From Podarcis erhardii (taxonomy: Eukaryota): 64,000 nt of DNA. A program made the position numbers and the translations under genes. The notes under the pieces were generated by a model. That model ran no database searches. It saw only the letters and a list, made by a program, of their open reading frames with translations, and had not been told where the DNA came from. Below, piece by piece: positions 34,861 to 46,869 of the stretch (position 1 is its first letter; every line of letters begins with the position of its first letter). Where the stretch lies: the NCBI GenBank assembly GCA_964252035.1, contig OZ176209.1, one strand, 5' to 3'.

Positions 34861-36419
34861 TAGTGGGTTATGGCCTAATCCAATGTGGGTTGCAACAGGA
34901 GTACTACCACCATGCAAATATATGGTAAAAGATTAAGAAATTCATCCCCAATTGCATGTTTGGGTTAAAAGTTGGTCCTCGGACTGAAAAGGTTGTAGAT
35001 ACATGGTTGAAACCAACCCATGCAAAGCCATCATCCATGCTCCACCCAGAGGCCAACCAAGGTAGTGAATAATAGAACTGAAGGGAAGTAGTTCTGGATT
35101 CCTGGCACCTCTATTTAGGACTAATAATTGTTTTATTTATTTATTTACATTGGACTAATATGGAGGAGCAGTGAGTGGATAGGTTGTTCCATGGCTTTCT
35201 GAACAGCCTGTAATGGAAGGAGAGAGGGAAGGTATTATGCTTTCCTTGGTGGTGGTCTGAATGTCCCCTAAGGAAGCCAACCTCACACTTTGAAATTTGT
35301 TGGGTTTATTTCTAACAAGATGGTAGCTAATGCTCAACCATTCATTCTCATCACATAAGCAGCCTTATTTACATAATTCTGTTTAAAAATGCAATAGTTT
35401 ACACTTGATTTATTTGTTCCAGCAGTAGGCAGGACAGGTCTATTGAATCACTCACGGGAAACCTACAACTCCGGGGAGTCAATCAATGCTTTCGTGAGTC
35501 TCTCTCTGTCCCATAAATTATGAAAGATTATTAAAACACTGTCAAGTGCCTAATTAGTACCTTTAGTGTTCTTATTAGAACTCAATAGCTTTTCTTCAAA
35601 CCGTTAATGCTGATTATTATGAAAACGATAGAAGCATTGTTGCAAACCATAAATGAAAATACATTACGATTTGGTAATTATGAAAAAGAGGTGTTTCCCC
35701 CCTTTCTGGCTTTTGCCTTCCCCACAATCTGCCACAGGTCCTTCTTTCCGACAGTGGTAGGTTCCACTTGGGCAAATGCAACTGTTAAACAAGGGGTGAC
35801 ATGCTTAATCAGTTTGGCCTATTCTGACAATAGGAATGGAGGCAAGCGATATAAAACAATTAGCATTTTGCCCATCTTTCTTACTATGATTTATGACTGC
35901 ACAATTATTTTTCTTGCTTTTCCATGATTAAAGCCAAAATAGATTGTTTTTCCTGCCTCCATGAGATGAAATTGGCTGCTCATTACTCAGATAAATTGAA
36001 AAATAAAATGTGAATGATTATTCCACTTGGGATATACAGGGGTATAATGAAATTACAGCTTGCTGTAGGAATCATATTCTCAATGTTATCTGGGGTCCTG
36101 AATCTCCTGTTTAAGGGCTCATATTTCATAGCTCTTGCCCACAGCTGCTGACAGAAAGAAAACAGGATTGTGTACTCTGAAATCAGACTTGGCTTAATTC
36201 AGCTGACATACAGAGCAGAATTGGTCCTGTGTTATGTTCCATCTCTTCTGCACTGAATTGTGCCACCCCCTGATTTCTCCTCTGTTTTGTTCAACCATTT
36301 ATCTCCTCTTATTTTAATCTCTTTAATCACATTTGTTAGTCATTAGTTCCCCCAGTCCAGCATCACCCAAAGTTACATACAACATTTTTTAAAAAGCATA
36401 AAACACTATATCACAATTA

Positions 36420-36750
36420 GGGATAGGCAAATCTATCAATTTCAGTTTCTCATTTTTCCAGGCTGAAGTTTAGTTCTCCACATCTCCACAGCGGTTTCTT
36501 TCTTTAAAAATCCTCATGAAAAATCATCAGCATTTGAGTGAGAATTTGTCCTAATTACACATTTTTCCTATGCAATTTTGCCAAATATACACAGTTTTGC
36601 AAACCAATAGAATTCATCTTCGTATGTTATTTTCATTAATATGCACACTTTATCCTAGGATATGCACTGTTGGTTTGTGCATTGTTTCAGAAAGTGTGAA
36701 TAAGATGGTTTTGCCTTTAAATACAAGCTGAATCAAATTTATGCCCTTTC
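36420..36750. repeat. Probable squamate interspersed repeat (unclassified)
   Basis: Decayed caaatctatcaatttcagttt...cagaaagtgtgaat..aagctgaatcaaattt pattern; recognised only loosely. Confidence 0.35.
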
Positions 36751-39284
36751 CCTAAGCACAATACAATTTCATTCCATCACATCTCCCTTTCTTGCAGCAT
36801 TCAGCTGCTGTCCTCTGAGTGTCTCTTCAATCTTTTGCAGTATTCAACCTGTCTTATCCTTTGCCTTAAATTTAAATCCTCCTTGGTCCCTTTGCCTATC
36901 CTTTCCATGCCAGAAACTTTACTCTCATTCCATACCGACACTTATTTTCCTTGGCTGCTCTACAGAGCTGGAATACTCCCCCATCCAACAGCCACATGGT
37001 TCCTCCTGTTGTTTTATTTTCCGAAAATTGCTTTTGTGGAAAAATAAAATAAAAATCTCAGGCTTTCTGATCTCATCTCTTCCTCCTTTTGTATCATGTT
37101 GCATCTTTAGACTGAGCTTGAAGGTAGAGCCTGACTACAAATCTAATTCTGTGTAGTACATAACTGGTGTATATGCACTCAAAATAGATCTGTTGTTGTT
37201 AGGGTTCCAAAAGCAACACCACAGTGCACATTCATTTTTATTTTTATTTTTTTGCCATAAGCAGATACCATTTTATGTAGAAAAGATTATAGAGGCAAAA
37301 TGAATGTACACGGTGGTCAATGTAGGTTTTGCATTAATGTTAGCGACCAGCTTAGTACAAAGTCAGTTTTAAATCTAAAGGGTGAAAATTCCTGAAGAAA
37401 TTGCAATAATCAGCAAGAGTATTCTGAAACCATATTAGGTCATTTCTGAGCAGATCTTTTTTTAAAAAAAGAAAAGAATTATTTAGCTTTCACTATTTGT
37501 ATTGGGCCAATGTTTTCATGTCCTTCTAGATCCTCTGCCAGTCTGTGCTACAGGCAGAAGTGAGACCAGTCACCAGCAGCTACATGCTGAATGAAGTCAG
37601 GAGAAGTGATGCTTGATCAAGGTTCTCCCATGCCTCATTGTTAAGTTTCTGGAACTGTTTCTTGTGCTCCCACTTCCTGTGAGAAAGCACACATACATGA
37701 CCACAGGAAGTTATCATTCCAGATCCTCATTCAGTGCACTTCCAAATGTGGAATTTTCATGCATTTGGGCTTTGTCTTTTGTATTCCAAGCACTTTGATT
37801 CAGCACACCTGAAACCCTTTTGGCAATGCAGGTGAGGAAAGAGAAAGTGCATTAGCAAGAACTTGATTAAGGATGCACTTCACCTTGAGAAAATATCATT
37901 AGTGTTTCGGTACAACAGTAGCTCTTTCCGCTATGCTAGGTTCTACAAGTTTATGGGAGCTAGTGATTAGAGCGGCGATAACCGCATGGAGTGTGTGTTT
38001 TACTGGTGGTCAGCGCTCTTGATTTCAAGTGGGTTTTACAAACACATTCCTTGCAGGAGTACACTTAGGATGCTCTCCGCTGTAAAAAATAAAATAAACC
38101 CACAAAACTTTAGAATAACAAGAACCTTATATGTTTTGTGTATCTGAAATGATAGACTAAATAATTAGTGGGGTCACCATAAGTGATAGAGTCAAAATGA
38201 CAGGTGTTGATAGGATCAAAATCCAGTCAACCACACCAGACCTTTTGCATGTGAGGTTTGCTTCCTTTCCTTTGAGTATAACATTACATTATGCAACCAG
38301 AAGTGTGGGAAGCTGCCATCTGGAGTTACCCGTAATCTTTTGACTAGGTCATTGAGCTCTGATCCTGAATAACTTTTTGATGCATCCCCAAAATGCAATG
38401 CACAAAGCATTTTTCCAGTTTTGAGATTCAGCATCAGACTTCAGTTCTATGCCAGCAAAGATTCACTTAGCTTCCAGAGACATTCTCTTTCCTTGGCTTC
38501 CAAGCCTGGAACATTTTCTCTCTAAAGTCACTGCAGACAGACAACACTGTTATCTTTAAAAAATAAAATAAAAATAAAAGATTCTGACTTTTGGGGGGGA
38601 TAGTTAAAATAATTTGAAAGTTTTGATTAGTCATCACTATAATCTGGGAGGAAGTCAAATGAGGAAGGGACACTTGAAAGCAGCCAAGCAGTTTAAAGGG
38701 GCTGGGGTGGCACATCAGTATCTAATTTTTGGCCCTTAAGCCTCTAACTTTGTAGCAGCTAGGGATTCTGACGCTGACTCTTGTACTGGCTGATAACTTA
38801 AGGAGTTTCTGGTCACAATCCTGTCTCTCTAAACTGAAATAGCCTCAACAGCAAAGCAGTGATTTGTTTGTTTTGTTGCTTCACTTTTCATTCCCAATAA
38901 ACTTTTTGCTGACTTGGAGGTGGGGGGGGGGAAGGTTTGCTCCCTTTAAAACAGGGTCTCTTGACTGGCTGTTCCTGCCATGCTTGCAAAGGTCTGCTTT
39001 TTGTCAGTGTGTTTCTGAAACTATGCAATCTTCACCCTGCATCCCCACCCCCAGAAAGTATACTAGAAACTCCCCATCTCCATTTCAATATGTTTTCTAT
39101 ATTCTTGAGCTAGAGATCTGTTCCAAATGAGAAGGATTTGGCAGAATTCAATATGAAACTGCCTTTTGCTGTCGACTCTGAATTACAGCAGCACCCTAGT
39201 CCTGTGTTTAAACTTGCTCATAAATGACCAGGACTTAAGGGTGAGCAGTGAAGTGACCAAGTGATGATGCCAGGTTGCTCAGGG

Positions 39285-39610
39285 TGGATGGATTGTGAGG
39301 AGCTCCAAAAGGATCTCTCCAAACTAGGTGAATGAGCATTAAGCAAAAAAATTCTGGTTCAGTATAAAGTGATACACATTGGGGCAAAAGATCCTTACTT
39401 ATATACATATACAGTATATGCTACTGGGGTCTGAAGTGTTAGTGAGTGACCAGGAATAAGACCTTGGGGTCATAGTGGATAACTTGATGCAAGATGTTGA
39501 CCAGTATGGGGCAGCTCTGAAAAGGGGGAATACTGTGTACAGTTCTAGTCACTGCATCATTGAAAGGATATTGCACAGCTGGAAAAGATGCTGGAAAGGG
39601 CTTAAAACCC
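39285..39610 (+). mobile_element. Old CR1 ORF2 fragment
   Basis: Decayed LQKDLSKLGEWA, KVIHIGAK and KDLGVIVD equivalents with stops and frameshifts. Confidence 0.75.
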
Positions 39611-40140
39611 TATCCCTGCTGTCCTTACTCTTCAGTATTACACTTCCAGAAGACCTGGATGGAAAAATTAATCTGTGGACAAATGTGTCTATGTGTATAT
39701 TGTGAAGAGTGCAGGAGAGAGAAGGCGAGAGAGAGAACAGGTAGGAAGAAAGAAAAACCTTGCTGTTTCTAAAACCACTGCTTAGGTTATCTACTCCCCT
39801 CCTCTTTTGAGGAGTGTTTAGAAAGCATCTTAGCAGAGTTCAATCTCAGTACAGTTCTTCTTTTGTATACTGGTTTTCCCCCACCCAGCTCAAATTAAGA
39901 TAAGGTTTTTCACAACAAATTGCTTTAAAATGTGTGAAGATCAGAAGATGCATGACATAATGATCTAGCTTTTTTAAAAAGGGTATATAAAGGAGAAAAT
40001 TTTAAAGTAGAAGTTGAATGGCAATGAGATACAGATAATACAGTTAGTGATAATTACAGCTTAAATGGGTATTCAGTGAGTACACCTTTTACAGTAGCAA
40101 ATGGGTACTTCTTACACAGTCAGACTTTTGATTCATCTAG

Positions 40141-40318
40141 GTCATGGACGTCTAACTTCCAACAGACTGTGATCTACTCACAGTATTAAAAAACTGGCAG
40201 TGATCAGCTTTTTTTAGGAAGCCACAGTTGTCGTCGTCCCCCAAAGATCTACCAGGATCTACCAGGAATACCCCACGATCTATCAATAGATCATGATCTA
40301 CCTGTTGGACATGCCTGA
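40141..40318. mobile_element. Degraded hAT-type MITE with gatctac motifs
   Basis: Left ccaacagactgtgatctac, right gatcatgatctacctgttggacatgcctga; internal atctaccagg duplication. Confidence 0.5.
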
Positions 40319-40451
40319 TCTAGGTCAGCACTGTCTACACTGACTGACAGGAGCTCTCCACGGTTTGAAACACAAAATATTCCCAGTTCTACTTGGAAAA
40401 GCCAGGGATTGGCTTGTGACCTTTTCCATGCAAAGCTGATACTCTGCCATT
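40317..40451 (-). mobile_element. Squam2-type SINE (degraded)
   Basis: Minus strand gcagagtatcagctttgcatggaaaaggtc...gtcagtcagtgtagacagtgctgacctagatc. Confidence 0.7.
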
Positions 40452-40518
40452 GGACATGCTCTGTTTACCTCTAAGTTCTATGTTTCTTACATTCTACCTC
40501 TGGCAGTGCAATTCTATA

Positions 40519-40708
40519 TGTAACTCAGTTCTAGAGAATCTGCTTTGCAGGCAGAAGACCTCAAGTTTAATTCCTAACATCTTCAGGTAGGAGAGCAGGA
40601 AAAGACTCCTACCTGAAACCATAGAGAGTTGCTGCTAGCCTGTGTGGTCAATACTGAGCTAGATGGACCTCATGCCTGACGCTACATAAGACAACTTCCT
40701 ATGTTCCT
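40519..40708 (+). mobile_element. Squam2-type SINE
   Basis: aactcagttctagagaatctgctttgcaggcagaag...aagactcctacctgaaacc..caatactgagctagatggacc..cttcctatgttcct. Confidence 0.8.
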
Positions 40709-42563
40709 GATTCCTATATTCCTAATGTCTGCTTTACCCCTGCAAATCCCTATAAGGTCATACAGAACATAGGCTATGTCTAGGATCACAGAGAGAGGGT
40801 GAAAAGCCAATGAAGGAAATAGTAACATTTGTTTTAGTTTAAATATGTGGGGCCAGGAGGAAGGGTTGTGGCTTGAGAAGGAAAATGAGGGGCCTGATAC
40901 CCTGTTCCCAAGGGTCCCCAGAAACCTGGAGCTGGCCCTGCTCAATGCATTTTATTTTGAAGCGACTCATTACATATTTGTGCAAGCTAGGGACCACTAC
41001 TGTGCATGTATATGAAAAGGACTTGAACATCTCCCAAGATAGACTGGAGCCAACTAAACTCTAAACACTCGGGAGGTCTGACCTTTCAAGTGGCAAGTGG
41101 CAAGTGCTGGATGGGAACTCTGAAAAGAACAGGCATTCTTCTTAGACATGAATTAAGGGTATTCCATCACAGCATCTATCTCCATTTAGAATTAACTGTG
41201 TTTTAAAATAAAAACATTTTAAAGGAATATACTGTAACATGTTTCCTCAGATAAATTCTGAGACATTACTGTTATGTTATATTCTCATGGGTAATGTTAT
41301 GCTCAGGGTATCTCTAAAATATTAAATGTTTTCCCTTACGACTGGAGCTGTAGTTTTTGTTTGTTGCAAAATATTTGCTATAGGTAAGCCACATTTAGGT
41401 TTGTTACTACTCCTTATTTGCTACCAGTAACCCATGTTTCCTGCAAGATGGCACTTCCATTGCAAGAGTTGCATTTTCCAAGCATTCCAAGCACTGTGCA
41501 TTTGATAAATTAGCATTCATTTCCAAGACACCATAGCCTTTACTGATGGGTTTTTCTTTACATGGAAAGTGTTTTGTACAAGTGGTCACAGGCAGCTGTT
41601 GGATACTGACTGTGACTGAGATAAATGGTGATGACGAACTGACCATGCACACGTCTCCCCTGGTCCATTTTAAAATATCTTAGTTTCATATATTTTTAAT
41701 GCTTTAGAGAGGCAGATCGCTCCCTTGTTGGACTTTTCCTGAGTGAGAGCATTTATCTAGCCTTTTAAAAGAAAGCCAGTGTAGGCACATATATCCTTAC
41801 TCAACCATGAAACTCAAGGGGTGGCCGTGGGTAAGTCACTACTTCATAGGGCTACTGTTAGGCTGAAATATTTTCCTGGACTCCTTAACAGGAGGGCAGG
41901 ATATAAATAAATTGTTTCACCAATTTAGCTATCTTAGCTATCTTTCTTGCATACAGGGACATAGTATTGAGAAAAGGCTAGAATCCCTTATTTGTTTATT
42001 CTTACCATGGAGAATATATATATATGGTGAATAGATATTTTTTTTAACTCAAATGTCCCTATAAGGATATTTCACTTCATTTTTGTTTTCCATTTTTATT
42101 TCTTGGCACTCATTAAGATGAAAGCAAAAGACAAGCATAAATCTTGAGGCAGCCCTCAATGCAAAAACTGTCCCTGAGTTCCTGGCATCTAGCCCAGCTT
42201 TCAGACTCACTTTGTGACAAGTGGTGCTTTCCTGAGCTAGAATTTATCCGTCTACCTTGGATCTGTGGTCTGGTGATGGAAGGAAAGAGATTAGATTGCC
42301 TCAAAATACTTTTACTCTGTGTGTGTGAGACTCACAGGAGTCATTTTCTGACCAATGGCAGCAAACAAGACAACATCCCAAGAATTTTTAGACTCAGAGA
42401 TCTGGAGTTGAGATATTACAATCAACAGTCACACATCACTCAGCTCCAACTAGGCTAAAAAGTTTGCCTCCCTCACACTTCAGTTTTCTGTGTACGTGGA
42501 AATTCATGCATCCATGGGAAACAGAAACATTCTGGATTTGACCATATTTAGATGACTGCATTT

Positions 42564-42778
42564 AGAACCAGTGTGGTTTAGACTTCAAGTGTTGGATTAG
42601 GACTTTGGAGAGCAGGGTCCCTACACAGCCATGGTGCTTATTGGGAGACTTTGGGCCAGTCATGGTCTCTCACCCCAGTGTACTCCAACAGGGTTGTTGC
42701 GAGGACAAAACAGGGAGGGGGAAATTGTGTATAGTACCTTAAGCTCCTTTGAGGATATAAATGTAATAATAAATAAAA
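42564..42778 (+). mobile_element. Squam3-type SINE
   Basis: ccagtgtggtttag..gtgttggattaggac..ctttgggccagtca..cagggttgttgcgagga..ggatataaatgtaataataaataaa. Confidence 0.8.
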
Positions 42779-42856
42779 TTAAGAACAAAAACAGTACTTC
42801 TTCACACAATTTTTTTCTCCTTTTATGTTTCCCCAAGTTTTTTATATTCTGTAGGG

Positions 42857-42958
42857 GATAGCCAACATTCATACTCAAAGTAAATCCATTAAAACCGATG
42901 AACTTAAGTCTATTGACTTCAATAGATCTACAATGAGTATGACTAATGCTGAATATCA
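42857..42958. repeat. Short palindromic MITE-like repeat
   Basis: catactc...gagtatg arms and an internal tctattgacttcaataga hairpin. Confidence 0.45.
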
Positions 42959-44291
42959 CTCATTATGTTGATTAGATTATGGTCCTTTCGGTGACACTAA
43001 TCAGCCACAATAAAATCCACCAATCATCTTTCTTTTGGATGTAATTGCTGTAATCTACTCAGAGCATGTGGGAAAGGTTAAATAACTATACATAGGTTTT
43101 TTGTGGTGGCAGACTTTGCTTGCCCAAGGAAGTCAGGAAAGGAAGATCTCAATTCTCCTATTGTTTTTCTTCAAGTTTTCCTACTATCTGGATTATTTTA
43201 TTCTTTTATTGCTGTTGCTGCTTGCTGATTTGCTCATGTTATGCAACGGTTTAAATCTTGCATCTGTTTTTCTATTTTCTTTGCATACATTTGTTATTGT
43301 GGATTTATTCATTTATTTAGGCATTTCCATACCACCCATCAATCACGTCCCCTGGATAGTTCACAATTTAAAAGTTAAACAAATACAATAAATAGAACTA
43401 TAGTATACTACATTATACCTTGAGTATAGAGGTTTCCCCTGTAAATAGGTGATCAATATATTAAATTAATGCTAATAAACAAATATACCAATCTACGCAC
43501 AATGAAAACATTAATGTGCATATTGTGGGTGGGTGGTAATATGATTTAAAGCATCTAGCACTGGAAAGACCCGTTGATTTATTATCCATTCCTGGAATGG
43601 TTATTCCTTTAAGAACGGGTTTCATGGTACTACAAGAATTTGTTCAACAAAACCCCTCTTTGCATCCCGCACACAATAATGGTCATGGTCAGACAACCAT
43701 GTTAGCTCAGGTTTGAGTGCTGGTGGGGGATTGGTAGGGGATCAGCCACAAGAAAACCCACCCACTGACTGAAACATGCTCTTCCAAATTCACACCACGA
43801 CCTGACAATGTCATCTCCACCGCCATGGCAGCCTGAATGCAAACGGCAAACACTCCTTCCATGCAAGTGGCTTCAATAGCTCTGTGGTATCCCTTTTCAA
43901 GGCAACATTTTCATCCAAAAGTAAAAGGTAAACATTTCTAAAAGGAATTGTCAGTGCAGTGAATTTACCCTAGTGCAACTGCTGCTGTATTTCCACAGCT
44001 GTCAAAGGATATTCTACCATAAACTATTGTATTTTGTTCCAAGGTTCAATCTTTAACATATGCCGTTAATAAGGTACTTGATATTTTACAAATCAGTTGT
44101 TTGAATTAAGGAACAATTGTCACTCAACGCTGAGCATATTCTGTGCGTGCAAAAGGTTCCAGATTCAATCCCTGGCATCTCCTAGAATGGTTGAGCATGA
44201 CTTGCTGCTTTCTTAAAACAGGATTGCTTTCCTAGGCTGTAGCTATGATGAGGTCAAGAGCTGCTTTTTAGAATAAGGTATCCATAAGGAA

Positions 44292-44646
44292 GGGACATGG
44301 GTGGTGCTGTGGTCTAAACCACAGAGCCTGAGGCTTGCCGATCAGAAGGTCAGCAGTTTGAATCCCCGCAAGGGGGTGAGCTCCTGTTGTTCGGTCCCAG
44401 CTCCTGCCCACCTAGCAGTTCAAAAGCACGTCAAGTGCAAGTAGATAAATAGGTACCGCTCCAGCAGGAAGGTAAACGGCATTTCCATGCACTGCTCTGG
44501 TTCAGAAGCGGCTTAGTCATGCTGGCCACAAGACCCGGAAGCTGTCTGTGGACATACGCCAGCTCCCTCGGCTTATAGAGCGAGATGAGCGTGCAACCCC
44601 AGAGTCGTCCGCGACTGGACCTAATGGTCAGGGTTACCTTTACCTT
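44292..44646 (+). mobile_element. Full-length Sauria SINE (lacertid subtype) with 13-bp TSD
   Basis: gggacatgggtggtgctgtggtctaaacc...ggttacctttaccttt; TSD tatccataaggaa at 44279-44291 and 44647-44659. Confidence 0.95.
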
Positions 44647-44909
44647 TATCCATAAGGAAATACATTTTTCTCAAAGAACTGGGGATAGAACTACCCCATG
44701 GTGGGTTTGAGAGGGTAGGATGTGCCACTTTTCCAAGTCCTATACTCAAAACCTTATAATTCTATTCAGTGTTACTGAATTCAGAAAAACTACTTCCTTT
44801 CTTTATGATCGTAATGAAGATTAGGATCCCCACTTCAGCCATAAATGTTCATTGGAAGAAGGTGGAAGTGCTAAGCATTGCAAGCACAGCAAAGTTGGTG
44901 AAGGGTATT

Positions 44910-45035
44910 ATAGAAACAGAATTGTACAGTTGGGAGGAACCCTGAGAGTCATCTAGTCCAACCCCCTGCCATGCAGGAATCTCAACACACGGTTCCCCCA
45001 TCCAATTTGAAACCATGCCAGACCCTGCTTTGCTT
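44910..45035 (-). mobile_element. Chimera: 5S rRNA internal-control-region-like head + CR1 3' tail
   Basis: Minus strand aagcaaagcagggtctggcatggtttcaaattggatgggggaacc (5S nt ~50-93-like), then gattcctgcatggcagggggttggactagatgac..ccaactgtacaattctg. Confidence 0.6.
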
Positions 45036-46500
45036 AGCAAATGTGCTAGCAGAATGAATTAATCCATCTGGTGAACTTGGGTATGCATCTTAAGAGTATT
45101 TTACCCACTGAGCTGCAATGAAGACTGATAACCAAGGAATACCCCAACTAGGCAATCACCAAGTGCTTGCTCCCAGTGGTAGTTGATGCGCATTGGGACT
45201 GGAAAAATGGAAGGCAGGGAATTCAAGTAAATGAAACCAGAGCCAACTAATTCTAATTTTGTTCCCATCCTCCTCCCCACTGAGTTCTACAAGGGTGACA
45301 CTGAGATCAAGGAAGAGGAATCTGACAACCACTGCCACTCTTTTGACTGGTTGGAGGCAGGTGGAGTCTGACTGAGGGCAGTCTGAGATTGGAGAGGCAG
45401 TGCTCCACTCACCATAATGGAGTAGCCTCCATTGCTTTTTTTCTTCTCTGTTTCCTCACACACTATGCCAAAATAACCCAAACCCCTCAGTCCTACAGTG
45501 TGGATACTGCTGGACAGGTCTGTAACTATTCCTTTCCAACTCTGTAGCCTTTAGTAGCTGCTCAAATTATTGTAGCTCACCAGCCATTCTATGTAAAAAA
45601 TAAATAAATTCCTGAGTAAGAAGATCTATTCACAAGCCTGAAAACTGCACTAGTCTTATGCACTGAATTCAATATGAACTGCATCACAACCAAGCAGTTG
45701 CCTGTTTTGTATACTATACATCAAAATTGATTTTCAGACCTTGTGTACAACACTTCATTGTGGGCTGAAAATCAATCTGGCAAAGCAGTAGAGCAATCAG
45801 ATGATTGCCTGGTCATGTAGCAGTTATAATGTACATTGAACTTGCCATGAGACTAGGACCAATTTTTAGTCAGACAACTACGGTTTTAAACTGTAAGCAT
45901 AAAAACAGAATTTATCCACTGAGTTTCCTTTTTCATAGAGCATTTTCTAGGATTTTTTTCACATGTCCACTCAATATTTTCTTCCAGTCCTGATGACTAC
46001 GCACATAAGAGGTCATTATAAAAAGGGGAAAAAGAGATGCCTGCTTTCATTTGTTATGCCCCACCCTTTGGATACTTCATATGGGTGCAAAAACTGCCAG
46101 AACTGAATGCCAATTTCTGGCCTTTTGAGTATAAAAGGTGTATGGTGTGAGGAGAGAAACTAAGACTTTAAAGCTACTTGGGAATATTCACAAGCCTTTG
46201 GTAAGCTTTATGTTCACTGAATGTTCTTTGACATATTTTAAATGTTAGTGGTGCAGTGATATAAAATATATATTATTATTGTGATGAAGCTGGAAGGGAC
46301 ACTGAGGCAATTTGCCTCTATGCCCATGCCGGCTGGTATGAAATCATGCTCAGATGTACAAAAGCAAGCGTGTTTCTGCTTTATAAGCAACAGTGGTAGA
46401 GAGAAGGAAAAAAGATGAAGGAAAGTAGAATGAAATCTCAAAAGATGGTTTGTAAGACTGAGGAGGGAAGAAAAGACTATGCTCCTTTATGATGAGTTGG

Positions 46501-46869
46501 CAGGGGTGACCAAAAACATTTTAGCACCTGAGGCGAACCTCAAAATGCCCCTCTCCCTGCTGGGAAAGAAGGGGTGAGTGAAGTTCTACATCAGGAACAA
46601 GGGAGGAATAAAGGTCCAAATCAGGAACAAGGGAGGGGGAATCAAATGAGCCTCATTAGACAGTTGAAGTGTAAATTAAAGGTCATCGCAGGGGTAAAAC
46701 CAGCCTGCTCTGAATCATGTCAGGTGGATGCAGAGCCCAGGATGCAGCGGGCAGCCCCCACCATGGTAGCAATGGCTGATGCATTCCTTGGAGGCAGGAT
46801 CTGCTGCCCCTGTGGAACCTCGTGCCTCAAGTGGTCGACTCATCTTACCTCATGGGTGGGCCAGCACTG
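46501..46869 (-). mobile_element. Non-autonomous hAT element with perfect 8-bp TSD
   Basis: TSD tgagttgg at 46493-46500 and 46870-46877; termini CAGGGGTGACC / CAGTGCTGGCC(rc); homologous to 27246-27515. Confidence 0.85.

Noticed and set aside
44991-45035. 5S rRNA gene
   Set aside because: Only ~45 nt resemble 5S, with several mismatches; the 5' half and terminator are absent.
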